Positions 20,354 to 31,021 of a DNA stretch of 64,000 nt are shown piece after piece. The notes under the pieces were generated by a model that had not been told where the DNA came from, ran no database searches, and saw only the letters and a list, made by a program, of their open reading frames with translations. How positions within the stretch are numbered: the first letter of the stretch is position 1; each line of letters begins with the position of its first letter. The DNA comes from Thainema sp. (GTDB lineage: Bacteria; Cyanobacteriota; Cyanobacteriia; Phormidesmidales; Phormidesmidaceae): contig JBQLZK010000035.1 in NCBI GenBank assembly GCA_052168235.1, positions 1 to 64,000 on the forward strand, read 5' to 3'. Made by a program: the position numbers and the translations under genes.

Positions 20354-22042
20354 TTAGGAGGCGGAGGACATTCTCAAAACCGGCTGCTTGCCTTCATAGA
20401 CTTCAGGCGGATCGAGTTGGGGATCGTAGCCTAAGCCGTAGTCGTAGGGGCCAGATTGCAGCACCGGAACTTCCTCAAAGTTCTCAATGGCTGGCGGAGA
20501 AGTGGTCTGCCACTCCAGGGTGAGTGCTCGCCACGGATTAGCGGGAGCTTTAGCTCCAAAGCGCCAGCTCCAGATGGCATTGAGCAAGAAGGGGATCGTT
20601 GAAACCGCCAAGATATAGGAGCCAATGGTCGCCATCATATTCAAGTCGGTGAACTGGGGATCGTAGAGCGCAATCCGGCGGTTCATGCCCATCAGTCCCA
20701 ATTTATGCATGGGCATGAACGTGAGGTTCATGCCAACAAAGGTGAGCGCAAAGTGAACTTTGCCCCAAAACTCGTTCATCATGTGGCCTGTCATCTTGGG
20801 GAACCAGTGATAGATGGCCATGTAGACCCCGAACACGGAACCACCAAACAGGACATAGTGGAAGTGGGCGACGACAAAGTAGGTGTCGTGGACGTGGATG
20901 TCAAAGGGCACAGCGGCCAGCATGACGCCCGTTACACCACCAATCACGAAGGTGGCAATAAAACCCATGGCAAACAGCATGGCGCTGGTGAAGGCAATAT
21001 TGCCCCGCCACAGCGTTGCTAACCAACCAAAGATCTTTATCCCCGTGGGGACGGCGATGGTCATGGTGGTGATCATGAAGAACATGCGTAACCAGGGGGG
21101 GGTACCGCTGGTGAACATGTGGTGCGCCCAGACGATTAGGCCCAAGAAGGAAATGACCAAGCTGGAATATGCGATCGCACGATAGCCGAAAATTGGCTTA
21201 CGGGAATGAACGGAAATCACTTCGGAGATTGCACCAAACAGCGGCAGGATAAAGATATAGACCGCTGGGTGGGAATAGAACCAGAACATGTGCTGGTATA
21301 CCACTGGATTGCCGCCGCCCGCCGGATCAAAAAAGGCGGTATGGGCAACCAAATCAAAGGCCAGCAGAATTAAGGCTCCAGCTAGTACGGGGGTGCCAAT
21401 CAAAATCAGCAGGGATGTGGCCAACATTGCCCAGCAGAACAACGGCATTTTATTAAAGGTCATGCCGGGTGCCCGCATTTTGACGATGGTGACAAAGAAG
21501 TTAATTGCACCCAGGATTGAGGAGGTTCCACTCACCAGAACGCTCATGATCCAAATTAATTCGCCCACCAAGCCGCTTTTGATACTTAAAGGCGGATAGG
21601 AGGTCCAGCCTGCGGCAGCAGCGTCATAAAAGAAGCTGCTAATCAGCAGAATACCGGACGGTGGGATCAGCCAAAATGCGATCGCATTTAGCTTCGGGAA
21701 GGCCATATCATTGGCCCCGATCATCAGCGGGATCAGGTAGTTAGCCAAGCCCGCCCCGGCTGGCACGATCCACAGAAACAGCATGACCGTGCCGTGGAGC
21801 GTCAGCAAATTGTTATAAACATCCGGCGTGACAAAATCTGGCGCAGGGGTGGCTAGCTCTGTCCGCATCATGGTGGCAAAGACACCGCCCACGATGTAGA
21901 AGATGAACCCCGTCACCAGATACTGAATGCCAATGACTTTGTGGTCGGTATTGAAGGTGAAATAATCCGTCCACTTGCGCTCGGCATGATGAGCTGAATG
22001 CTCAGCCGCCGCAGGCTTTGACGGTAAATCAGTTTGAGTCAT
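20354..22042 (-). CDS. ctaD: Cytochrome c oxidase subunit I (aa3-type, A2)
   Basis: TDHKVIG, GWTSYPPL, FWFYSHPAVY, VWAHHMF and HDTYFVVAHFHY motifs. Confidence 0.99.
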   Translation of the reverse strand: MTQTDLPSKPAAAEHSAHHAERKWTDYFTFNTDHKVIGIQYLVTGFIFYIVGGVFATMMRTELATPAPDFVTPDVYNNLLTLHGTVMLFLWIVPAGAGLANYLIPLMIGANDMAFPKLNAIAFWLIPPSGILLISSFFYDAAAAGWTSYPPLSIKSGLVGELIWIMSVLVSGTSSILGAINFFVTIVKMRAPGMTFNKMPLFCWAMLATSLLILIGTPVLAGALILLAFDLVAHTAFFDPAGGGNPVVYQHMFWFYSHPAVYIFILPLFGAISEVISVHSRKPIFGYRAIAYSSLVISFLGLIVWAHHMFTSGTPPWLRMFFMITTMTIAVPTGIKIFGWLATLWRGNIAFTSAMLFAMGFIATFVIGGVTGVMLAAVPFDIHVHDTYFVVAHFHYVLFGGSVFGVYMAIYHWFPKMTGHMMNEFWGKVHFALTFVGMNLTFMPMHKLGLMGMNRRIALYDPQFTDLNMMATIGSYILAVSTIPFLLNAIWSWRFGAKAPANPWRALTLEWQTTSPPAIENFEEVPVLQSGPYDYGLGYDPQLDPPEVYEGKQPVLRMSSAS

Positions 22043-22136
22043 AAAAATCTAATCCTTATCTGCAAATCTCAATCTGCAAGGGGGCGGGTGGTGGAAATGT
22101 TGAGAGCTGAATTACGAGGATTGAGAGTTCAGTCAT

Positions 22137-22221
22137 GTAGGTTGGGTTGAGGAACGAAACCCAACAGTCCCTTTAGCTGTTAATCACAGTTGTTGGGTTT
22201 CGCAAGCTCAACCCAACCTAC
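22137..22221. repeat. REP doublet between ctaC and ctaD (same family as 20198)
   Basis: GTAGGTTGGGTTGAG..GAAACCCAACA inverted against TGTTGGGTTTCG..CTCAACCCAACCTAC. Confidence 0.8.
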
Positions 22222-22276
22222 GAACCTACAGACCTTTACAGCTTTTACGCCTCACTCTTCACTCCTCTCGCCTCAC

Positions 22277-23305
22277 TTACTCCTCACTACTCATCACATG
22301 CGCATGTAGCTCAGCCACTGTATCTGCATCAAGCTGGAGCTGGTGGGCTTTGGCAAGTGGAGCGAGATAGTCGGCATCGCTTCGTTCTATCGAATTAGTG
22401 GAGGCGATTTCGGTGTTGGTCGATGTGCGATCGCTATCGGGTAAACTGGCAATCTGAGATTGCAGCCACGCGTCATACTCTTCAGCGGAATGCACCACCA
22501 GTTGCGCTTTCATGCCGCCATGATAGGCACCGCAGAGTTCGGCACAGACGATGGGATAGCTACCCGTCAGGCGAGGCACAAATGTTAGTTCAGTTTCCTG
22601 CCCCGGAATGATGTCCTGCTTGAGCCGCAGTTCCGGCACCCAAAAAGCATGGATAACATCTTGAGCCGACATCACGAGACGCACTTCACTATCGATGGGC
22701 ACATGCAGCTCACCGGACGTAACGCCCGTGCCGGGATAGTTGAAGATAAACGCGAACTGGAGCGCCTGCACGTCAACTGTTAGATCGACATCAGCTTTAT
22801 GCTCAGGCAGAGGGCCAATGCCGGAAGCGGCCAGTTTGGTTCGCGATTTGACTGGCGCAAAGGTGCCGGGTGTAAACCCATCACCATCCGGCATGTAGGC
22901 TACCTCTACCGATTTAGGTACTGAGATCAGCTCGGCTTCTTCAGTATTGAGTCCGCCCAGTTCGGAATAAATCTCAAAGCTGTAGACCGAAATGCCGAGT
23001 ACAATCACGGCGGGAATTGCCGTCCACAAAATTTCTAAGGGGATGTTGCCCTCAATGTGAGGGCCATCGGACTGATCTCCCTTGCGGCGACCAAACCGGA
23101 TAACGGCCACAATCAAGACTCCTTCGACAAAGATGACTAGTCCAACAGAAATGGTCATCATCGCGTTGAAGAGAGTATCGATCATTTCTGCTTCATCAGA
23201 TGCCGCCACTGGAAGCAAACCGTGGTTTTGACCGTACCAAAGGCTGACTAGCGTGATGAAGATGCCAGCCAGCATCGTCAAAATGGAACTTGGAATATTC
23301 TTCAC
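22277..23305 (-). CDS. ctaC: Cytochrome c oxidase subunit II
   Basis: LEILWTAIP, DVIHAFWVP and the CuA motif CAELCGAYHGGM; GTG start. Confidence 0.97.
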   Translation of the reverse strand: MKNIPSSILTMLAGIFITLVSLWYGQNHGLLPVAASDEAEMIDTLFNAMMTISVGLVIFVEGVLIVAVIRFGRRKGDQSDGPHIEGNIPLEILWTAIPAVIVLGISVYSFEIYSELGGLNTEEAELISVPKSVEVAYMPDGDGFTPGTFAPVKSRTKLAASGIGPLPEHKADVDLTVDVQALQFAFIFNYPGTGVTSGELHVPIDSEVRLVMSAQDVIHAFWVPELRLKQDIIPGQETELTFVPRLTGSYPIVCAELCGAYHGGMKAQLVVHSAEEYDAWLQSQIASLPDSDRTSTNTEIASTNSIERSDADYLAPLAKAHQLQLDADTVAELHAHVMSSEE

Positions 23306-23972
23306 AATTTACGTCAGAGTTACGTTTGCTAATTTGCGAATCACGTTCGAAATCAAACTTCAAATCCAAACTTCAGATCAAAGCAACAAGTAAAGCGATC
23401 AGTCAGGCAAGTACTCTGAGGGTAACGAGATAGAAGCGAAAAGGGGGGAGTTTTTTGGCTTCCGTTAACATTTGCCCTAATCACGTAGGCGTGTTCTAGT
23501 GTCTGGGGTGGCGAAATGTATCAAAAAACACTAGCCTTTATCATTTTTACCTTTTTTACTCAAACAGCCTGTGGCTAATATCTTCACAGGTGCTGATGGT
23601 TATCCCTACTGAGGCTAGAGGGATGATTGCCATTTCGTTGCGTTAGAGTAGCTCTGGATGAAAGCACTGTATAAAGTTCTGTTGCGATCGCATCTCGTTC
23701 ACAGAGTTGTAACAGTTGTTTAGGCAGTTTAGGCAATTACTAGCCACAATCCAAAGAAAAGCCTAAAACCTGCATTCATTCTTGGTTTGTCTCATTAGAT
23801 TAGTAGCGAACAGGCTACAACTGTGGAATTTTTAGTCCGTCTTGCGTCCTCATTCAGGATATCGGCTTGCTCAGCAGTCATGGCTCAGTCCACGCAACGT
23901 TTTGTGAAGCCGTTTCTTGATCCGTACCCATCCAAACCGACGTTTATAGCCTTTCTTAGGCTACTGAGATAC

Positions 23973-24021
23973 GAGTTATTTTTTGGCAGTCTCGCTGTGC
24001 GAGACTGCCAAAAAATAACTC
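23973..24021. repeat. Perfect 23-bp inverted repeat upstream of ctaA
   Basis: GAGTTATTTTTTGGCAGTCTCGC-TGT-GCGAGACTGCCAAAAAATAACTC. Confidence 0.9.
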
Positions 24022-24089
24022 CCCTTCACTAGCGCAAGAAGCGCTATATATCTGCATCTTGACGTTTGATAACCGCAAGAGATGATTCG

Positions 24090-25157
24090 ATGACTGATTT
24101 CTCTCCTCCTCCGAATTCAACCCGTCATCCGGCGACGCAGAAGTCTGCCAGCGCTCAGGCTTCCACATCTGCCAATTCCAATACCTCAGTGACTGCAACC
24201 GATGCTGCAACCGAGAATGCTCCACTAAAGTGGGTGCGCTGGCTGATTTGGAAAATTGCGATCGCAACTCTGATTCTGATGGCCATTGGTAGCGCCACCC
24301 GCGTCATGAATGCGGGCTTAGCCTGTCCCGACTGGCCGCTGTGCTACGGCACGTTGTTCCCCGGTCAGCAGATGAACCTGCAGGTTTTTCTGGAATGGTT
24401 CCATCGGCTGGATGCCTCACTAATTGGCCTAGCGACCATCGTGCTGCTGGGGATCACCCTCTGGTATCGGCGCGTGTTGCCCCACTGGCTGCCTTGGGCG
24501 GCGGGTCTGTCGCTGGCACTGATCCTGGTGCAGGGACTGCTAGGTGGTCTGACCGTGACGGAACTGCTGCGATTCGACATCGTGACAGCGCACCTCGGTA
24601 CTGCCTTACTCTTCTTCTCAACGCTCCTGGTAATTGGCTGTGCGCTGGTGCCCTACCAAGCGACGGGAACCACCGGACAACTGCCCTGGTGGAGCTTAGC
24701 GGCGGCGCTGCTGGTTTATGCCCAAAGTTTACTGGGTGGTTTAGTCGCCTCCCGCTGGTCGGTACACCAGTGTCTAGCCGGGGATCAGCTCTGCACAATT
24801 CTGCGCAGTCACATCATGGGAGTTGCGCCGCCGACGCTGGCAACCATTGCGCTGATTATTTTGGCTAGACGAACTCCGGCGCTGTCGGTGGGGCTGCGAC
24901 GATTGGCTCATGTAGCCGGACTCTGCCTGCTAGCTCAAATCGGTCTTGGCGTCTCCACCCTCAATCTGCAAGTGCAGATTGAGTTGCTTACTATTGCTCA
25001 CCAGATGGTCGGTGCCACGCTGCTGGGAGCGCTGGTGTGCTTCACCACTTTGGCAATTCGCGATCGCGCCGTTGCTAAGTGCCGCATTCCAGTCTCCACA
25101 GGCACGGAACCCATGTCGGTTCAGCTAGCCCCCTCGCCGATCTCCAACGCATCGTAA
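24090..25157 (+). CDS. ctaA: Heme A synthase (COX15/CtaA)
   Basis: GSATRVMNAGLACPDWPLC, EWFHR and conserved His in AHLG and AHQ. Confidence 0.95.
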   Translation: MTDFSPPPNSTRHPATQKSASAQASTSANSNTSVTATDAATENAPLKWVRWLIWKIAIATLILMAIGSATRVMNAGLACPDWPLCYGTLFPGQQMNLQVFLEWFHRLDASLIGLATIVLLGITLWYRRVLPHWLPWAAGLSLALILVQGLLGGLTVTELLRFDIVTAHLGTALLFFSTLLVIGCALVPYQATGTTGQLPWWSLAAALLVYAQSLLGGLVASRWSVHQCLAGDQLCTILRSHIMGVAPPTLATIALIILARRTPALSVGLRRLAHVAGLCLLAQIGLGVSTLNLQVQIELLTIAHQMVGATLLGALVCFTTLAIRDRAVAKCRIPVSTGTEPMSVQLAPSPISNAS

Positions 25158-25175
25158 TAAAGGATTTTTTTCAGA

Positions 25176-26177
25176 ATGCATGATTCGACCACTTGGACCA
25201 CAACGGTTGCCCAACATTCGCGACAATGGCGACAGACGCTCCGCGACTATGTGCAATTGACCAAGCCGCGCATTATTCCCCTGCTGCTGATTGAAACCGC
25301 TGCCAGTGTATGGATTGCTTCCTCCGGACAGGTTGATTTTTGGCTGCTGGTAGTCGTCCTAACCGGAGGCGCACTGGCCACCGCATCTGCCCAAACCATT
25401 AACTGCATCTACGACAGCGACATTGACTACGACATGGAGCGCACCCGGCATCGTCCGCTACCCTCCGGTCGAGTTCAGCCCTGGGAAGCCGCCATTTTTG
25501 CTGTCGTACTTGCGATCGCATCCTTCAGTTTGCTGACCGTTTTTGCTAATCTGCTCAGCGCTTGTCTAGCAATGGCAGGCTTGGCGGTTTACGTCGGCGT
25601 TTACACCTGGTGGCTGAAGCGATCATCGCCACAGAATATCGTGATCGGCGGTGCGGCTGGAGCCATTCCTCCACTGGTCGGCTGGGCTGCTGTCACGGGT
25701 GAACTGAGCTGGGCCGCGTGGCTGCTGTTTGCGATTGTCTTTATCTGGACGCCGCCCCACTTCTGGGGTTTGGCCATGGTGATTCAGGATGACTATGCCA
25801 AGGTGAACGTGCCGATGCTGCCCGTGGTCGTCGGCGACAAGGCCACTGCCCAGCAGATTATGGCCTACACGCTGGTCCTCGTTCCGACGACGCTGCTGCT
25901 GGTGTATCCGCTGGGTGTTTCCGGTGCGTTTTACGCTGCTGCTGCGATCGCACTGGGCTGGATCTTTATCCGCAAGGCTTGGGCGCTGCTGCAAACACCC
26001 TGCGATCGCGATTTGGCGAAGTCGCTGTTTAAGTACTCAATTTTCTACATGATGCTGCTCTGTCTGGCAATGGGCATTGACAGCCTGCCGTTTACCCAAG
26101 GTTTGGCCGCAACCATCAGTCAACACGTTGGTCAGCAGTTTGATGTAATCGCTGGTGCAATTCCGATACTGAAATAG
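25176..26177 (+). CDS. ctaB: Heme O synthase (protoheme IX farnesyltransferase)
   Basis: [40 protein letters not shown] and WTPPHFW motifs. Confidence 0.97.
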   Translation: MHDSTTWTTTVAQHSRQWRQTLRDYVQLTKPRIIPLLLIETAASVWIASSGQVDFWLLVVVLTGGALATASAQTINCIYDSDIDYDMERTRHRPLPSGRVQPWEAAIFAVVLAIASFSLLTVFANLLSACLAMAGLAVYVGVYTWWLKRSSPQNIVIGGAAGAIPPLVGWAAVTGELSWAAWLLFAIVFIWTPPHFWGLAMVIQDDYAKVNVPMLPVVVGDKATAQQIMAYTLVLVPTTLLLVYPLGVSGAFYAAAAIALGWIFIRKAWALLQTPCDRDLAKSLFKYSIFYMMLLCLAMGIDSLPFTQGLAATISQHVGQQFDVIAGAIPILK

Positions 26178-26192
26178 TAGCCAGGTCTTGTT

Positions 26193-26274
26193 GTAGGGAC
26201 AGGTTGGCCACTAAACAATTGGTTCGATTTGTTTGAGACACAGTATAAAAATAATCCGTCAAACCTGTCCTTAC
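26193..26274. repeat. REP-like inverted repeat (related copy at 54143-54210)
   Basis: GTAGGGACAGGTT...AACCTGTCCTTAC; at 54143, TATAGGGGCGGGTTT...AAACCCGCCCATA. Confidence 0.6.
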
Positions 26275-26674
26275 CTAGCGACGATCATGTGCGATCGCGT
26301 TTCGTGAATTGAATAAACCTGACCCATTCTGGAGGAGCGAAACGTTAACATCCTCCAGAATTTTGGTGTTTAAAGAGCTGTGCTTTAGGTGGGTAGCGTT
26401 ATTACCACAGCCACCAATCTTGCAGCCTACAGTTAGTTAGATTGCCCGTGGAATCGAGGGTTTAGCGGTGCTAAGTGCGGTGAGTCATCCAGCCAACGTT
26501 ATTGCATTTAAAGTTTTGTTGGCATCAGTTTGGCATCAGTGATTGAGTGTAAAAGCTTTATGCTGGCATCCGGTTGAATAAACTTTCGATGAAAACATGG
26601 CTGATCTTGGGGAATTTGTCAAATAAATCTGTCGAAGTAGTTATAAGTCCACCTAAACCCCAGGATGTAAAGCC

Positions 26675-27484
26675 ATGGCCAGTTCTCTTCTCTTAACATG
26701 GACTGAATTCCTCAGAGGCAAAAAGTCAAACGACTCACGTTGTCATCAATCCGATCCTGGTGTCGATGAAAAAGGCGACGCTAATTCCGCCCCAGATGGC
26801 ACCCAGGCCATTCTGATGATTTTGCAACAGGGCGTGGTCGTTTGGAATCAGTGGCGATCGCAAAATACAGTTAACACTGATATTGACCTGCAAGAGATTA
26901 ATTTCAGCGGGGCCAGACTCAGCGGTATTGACTTTCACGATGTCAATTTGAAGGGAGCCAATTTTAAGGGTGCTCGTTGTTTTCGGGCGAATCTTCGAGG
27001 GGCAAATCTCTGCGATACAAACTTCAGTGACGCTGATTTGAGTCTCGCGAAGCTCAGTAATGCCAAGCTGGCAGGCGCTAATCTGCATGGCACAAATCTC
27101 AGTGGAGTCGATTTGAGTCACGTGTGCATCAGCCGGGCTGATTTGGCCAGCGTTGCTCTTGGTTATGCCAATCTCAACAATGCAACGTTAGATAACGTCA
27201 ATCTTTGCGGTGCTAACCTGCGAGGTGCTGATTTGAGAGGTGCGAGTTTGAACAACATCATCATGAGTAATGCCGACCTACAGGGTGCTGATTTAAGGGG
27301 AGCCAAACTCAATAATGTTGACTTGCGAGGCGTTAATCTACGCGATGCCGACCTCAGAGGCACTTATTTTCTCAATGTTGATCTAAGCAAAACTAACTTT
27401 GAGGAAAATCAGATCTGGTTCAGCTATTTCTCTCAAGTGAGTTTGTCTGAGAATATGCCAATCGAGGCAGAATGCGATCGCTAA
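26675..27484 (+). CDS. Pentapeptide repeat protein
   Basis: LQQGVVVWNQWR cap followed by a long run of A(D/N)LxX repeats. Confidence 0.92.
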   Translation: MASSLLLTWTEFLRGKKSNDSRCHQSDPGVDEKGDANSAPDGTQAILMILQQGVVVWNQWRSQNTVNTDIDLQEINFSGARLSGIDFHDVNLKGANFKGARCFRANLRGANLCDTNFSDADLSLAKLSNAKLAGANLHGTNLSGVDLSHVCISRADLASVALGYANLNNATLDNVNLCGANLRGADLRGASLNNIIMSNADLQGADLRGAKLNNVDLRGVNLRDADLRGTYFLNVDLSKTNFEENQIWFSYFSQVSLSENMPIEAECDR

Positions 27485-27529
27485 TCCTCTAAAACAGCTT
27501 GAATAGATGATTTTGAAACAGGATGTGAA

Positions 27530-27718
27530 TTAATCAAGCTGCTGGGATCGATTTGGAATGATTCTTGCAGGTATGCCAACCGCTGTTAATCTAGGTGGCA
27601 CATCTTCAAGGACAACCGCATTCGCCCCAATGACAGCATAATCACCAATCGCAACGGGACGGATGATTTTGGCTCCGGCTAATACTTTCACTGCGCCGCC
27701 GAGTTGAACACCTTCCAC
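27530..27718 (-). pseudogene. C-terminal fragment of a serine acetyltransferase-like hexapeptide-repeat protein
   Basis: AGAKII..IGDYAVIGANAVVLEDVP..TAVGIPARII; N-terminal part absent. Confidence 0.65.
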
Positions 27719-27810
27719 TATTTTCGCGATTTTCCTCTCCTTGAAAATTCAGTCTCAAGAAGGCTTGCTCTTAGAATAGGATTACCGATTTTCATCCGTC
27801 CCCCGTTCCT

Positions 27811-30800
27811 ATGCTGACTAAAGCCCTGTCCCATTCGATTCGTCGCCATTTTTGGCAGTGGTTCACGCTGATTATTGGGGGGCTGCTGGGTATCAACATT
27901 GTGGTCTATCTGCTGGCCGAGGGGCTGTGGTTTAACGAAGTTGGCTACCTGTTTGTCTTTGAACTGCGGCTGCTGACGCAGATTGTGCTGGGGCTGTTTA
28001 CCTTTGGCTTGAGTGCCATTTGGCTGGTTGGGAATCTCCACTTTGCTAACCGCTGGTGCTACAAAGATCTGCCCGAGAAATATCTCCAGCCGGAAATGAT
28101 GGTGCGGGGTTGGCGGCTGCGATCGCTACTGCCGATTGCCATCGGCCTTGCCGTGCTGATAAGCGTCATGCTGGTTTATCAAATACAGGTGTCAGCAGAG
28201 TATTGGCGACCGAAGCTGACGCTGTATAGCACCACGAATGAACTACCGATTCAATTTCGACCCCAGGCGATTTGGGAGATTGGACAGGGGCTAACAGCTT
28301 CCGCTTGGTGGGTTGGCCTGATCGTGATTGGGTTTGCGATCTCACTGATTCTCCACACTCACTTTGTTAGCTTGATTGCTGCCGTGCTGATGAGCCTGGG
28401 CTTTGGCTTAGTGATTTCCGAGCAGTGGATGAAGGTGCTGCCGTTTCTGCGTCCCACGTCCTTTGAGCAGGTTGATCCGCTGTTCTATCGCGACATTGGC
28501 TTTTATATCTTTCGGTTGCCTATTTGGCAGCTCTTGGAATTTTGGTGGATTGGTCTGTTTTCGTTCAGCTTGGTTGTCGTTGCCTTTACCTACTTTACCT
28601 CTGGCAACAGCCTCAGCCAGGGCTATTTCCCTGGTTTGACTTTGACTCAGCAGCGCCACCTGTGCGCCAACGGTAGCGGCTTGCTGGCTGCGATCGCACT
28701 GGGTCACTGGCTGGGACGGTATGAGCTGATGTATTCGCCCCGTGGCGTGACGTTTGGCGCAAGTTATACCGATGTAAACGCCCAGTTGCCTGTGAATACG
28801 GTGCTGAGTTTTCTGGCACTGGCGATTGCGTTTGCTCTCCTATGGCGAGCGATTTTCTGGGGTTTGCCGATTCAATCGGTGGGGCGGTGGTTTGCCAAAG
28901 TGATCCGCGATCGCAAACTATCTCTACCAGCGATGCCGCGCGAGCCGGAATCTGCCAAACCCGTTATGTATGGTTTGAGCTTCTATTTGCTGATTGCGAT
29001 TGTGGGGGGATTACTGCTACCGGCCCTGTTTCAGCGGGTGGTGGTGGAACCGAATGAGCTGGAACTGGAACGTCCGTATATTGAGCGCACGATTGCCCTG
29101 ACCCGCAATGCGTTTGCGCTCGATAGTATCGAAGACGAAGTTTTTATTCCTGAAACCAGTCTGACCTACGAAGATCTCCAGGAAAATCCGCTCACGATCA
29201 ACAACATTCGCCTCTGGGACACGCGCCCGCTGCTAGAAACCAACCGCCAGCTCCAAGAGATTCGTCTCTACTATGAATTTCTTGATGCAGACATCGACCG
29301 CTACCCGATTTTGACATCTGATGATGATGCCGCCCTGCGTCAGGTACTGATTGCTGCCCGCGAGCTGAACTATGAGCAGGTGCCCGACGAAGCAAAAACC
29401 TGGGTGAATGAACACCTGATTTATACCCACGGCTACGGCTTCACCATGAGTCCGGTCAACACGGCTGGCCCCAGTGGGTTACCCGACTATTTCATTCGCG
29501 GCATTGACCAAATTCCCAGCAGCGAGCTGATCGCTCAAAGCATTCCGATTGGTGATCCCCGCATTTACTACGGTGAACTGACCAACACCTATGTCATGAC
29601 TCAGACAGAAGTGCGCGAACTCGACTATCCCAGCGGCAGTGACAACGTCTACAACACCTACAGCGGCAACGGTGGGATTAACATTGGTTCATTCTGGCGG
29701 CGTTTTTTGTATGCTGACTATCTGTGGGATTGGCGGATGCTGCTCACTCAGGACTTTATGCCGCAAACTAAGCTGCTGTTTCGTCGCAACATTGAGGAGC
29801 GGGTGAAAACGATTGCGCCCTTCCTGCGCTACGACAATGATCCCTATCTGGTAACGGCAAATCCAAATCAAAAAATGGATATGGATGCAGCGGCACGGGC
29901 CATTAAAGGCGAGTCAGGAACGGATACCGAAAACTATCTGTACTGGATCATTGATGCCTACACCACTAGCGATCGCTATCCTTACTCAGAACTATATGGC
30001 GACGACTTCAACTATATCCGCAACTCCGTCAAGGTCGTGATTGATGCCTACCACGGCACGCCTACGTTCTATGTGGCCGACCCTAGCGATCCGATTATTC
30101 AAACCTGGAGCAAAGTGTTTCCGGGTATGTTTCGTTCGCTGGATGAGATGCCCCGCCCGCTGCGCATCCACATCCGCTATCCCCAAGACTTTTACAACGT
30201 CCAGTCGGATCAACTGATGACCTATCACATGACCGATCCGCAGGTTTATTACAACCGTGAAGATCAGTGGCGGGCACCCAATGAGATTTATGCCAACGAA
30301 GCGCAGCAGGTAGAGCCGTACTACCTGATTTTGAACTTACCCAATGAAGAAGCTGCCGAGTTTATTCTTTTCCGTCCCTATACGCCAGCCGAGCGGAATA
30401 ATCTGATTGCTTGGCTGGCTGCCCGCAGCGATTTGGACAACTACGGCAAGCTGCTGCTCTATCGGTTCCCGAAACAGGAGTTGGTCTTTGGCCCTGAGCA
30501 GATCGAAGCGCGGATCAACCAAGATCCAATCATTTCACAACAAATTTCTCTCTGGAATCGGCAAGGTTCTCGCGCTATTCAGGGGAATTTGCTGGTCATC
30601 CCGATGGAGCGATCGCTGTTGTATGTGGAACCGCTGTATCTACAAGCGGAGCAAAACCAACTGCCGACGCTGGCTCGCGTGATTGTGGCCTACGGCAACC
30701 GTATTGCAATGGCCGAAACGTTGAATCAAGCCTTAACTGCCATTTTTGACCCCGATACACCGGAAGCTCCAGCGATCCTACGAGAACTGGAGGAAGATAT

Positions 30801-30924
30801 CGCTGAGGATGTCCCCATTGATCTCGATGATGCGGTGACGCCAACGGAAGAGCCAGAATCGGCTCCTTCGATCGAAGACTTACCTGATGAACCAGCAGGT
30901 TTACCGTTTGAGCAAACGCAATAA
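27811..30924 (+). CDS. UPF0182 family membrane protein
   Basis: LWFNEVGY, DPLFYRDIGFYIF, NIRLWD, HLIYTHGYG, NYIRNSVK and GNLLVIP..LLYVEPLY motifs. Confidence 0.95.
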   Translation: MLTKALSHSIRRHFWQWFTLIIGGLLGINIVVYLLAEGLWFNEVGYLFVFELRLLTQIVLGLFTFGLSAIWLVGNLHFANRWCYKDLPEKYLQPEMMVRGWRLRSLLPIAIGLAVLISVMLVYQIQVSAEYWRPKLTLYSTTNELPIQFRPQAIWEIGQGLTASAWWVGLIVIGFAISLILHTHFVSLIAAVLMSLGFGLVISEQWMKVLPFLRPTSFEQVDPLFYRDIGFYIFRLPIWQLLEFWWIGLFSFSLVVVAFTYFTSGNSLSQGYFPGLTLTQQRHLCANGSGLLAAIALGHWLGRYELMYSPRGVTFGASYTDVNAQLPVNTVLSFLALAIAFALLWRAIFWGLPIQSVGRWFAKVIRDRKLSLPAMPREPESAKPVMYGLSFYLLIAIVGGLLLPALFQRVVVEPNELELERPYIERTIALTRNAFALDSIEDEVFIPETSLTYEDLQENPLTINNIRLWDTRPLLETNRQLQEIRLYYEFLDADIDRYPILTSDDDAALRQVLIAARELNYEQVPDEAKTWVNEHLIYTHGYGFTMSPVNTAGPSGLPDYFIRGIDQIPSSELIAQSIPIGDPRIYYGELTNTYVMTQTEVRELDYPSGSDNVYNTYSGNGGINIGSFWRRFLYADYLWDWRMLLTQDFMPQTKLLFRRNIEERVKTIAPFLRYDNDPYLVTANPNQKMDMDAAARAIKGESGTDTENYLYWIIDAYTTSDRYPYSELYGDDFNYIRNSVKVVIDAYHGTPTFYVADPSDPIIQTWSKVFPGMFRSLDEMPRPLRIHIRYPQDFYNVQSDQLMTYHMTDPQVYYNREDQWRAPNEIYANEAQQVEPYYLILNLPNEEAAEFILFRPYTPAERNNLIAWLAARSDLDNYGKLLLYRFPKQELVFGPEQIEARINQDPIISQQISLWNRQGSRAIQGNLLVIPMERSLLYVEPLYLQAEQNQLPTLARVIVAYGNRIAMAETLNQALTAIFDPDTPEAPAILRELEEDIAEDVPIDLDDAVTPTEEPESAPSIEDLPDEPAGLPFEQTQ

Positions 30925-31021
30925 AACGTGAAGGGTCAGGCAAATCGAGAATTCGTTTGATATCTCTTGATATCTCTTTCTTCGCAATGTTTTGCAACAC
31001 CTATCACGCAGCGTGCTTGGC

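Noticed and set aside
23518..23531. NtcA site in the ctaC/ctaA spacer
   Set aside because: GTA-N8-CAC is imperfect, and the other candidate near 23803 has N10 spacing.
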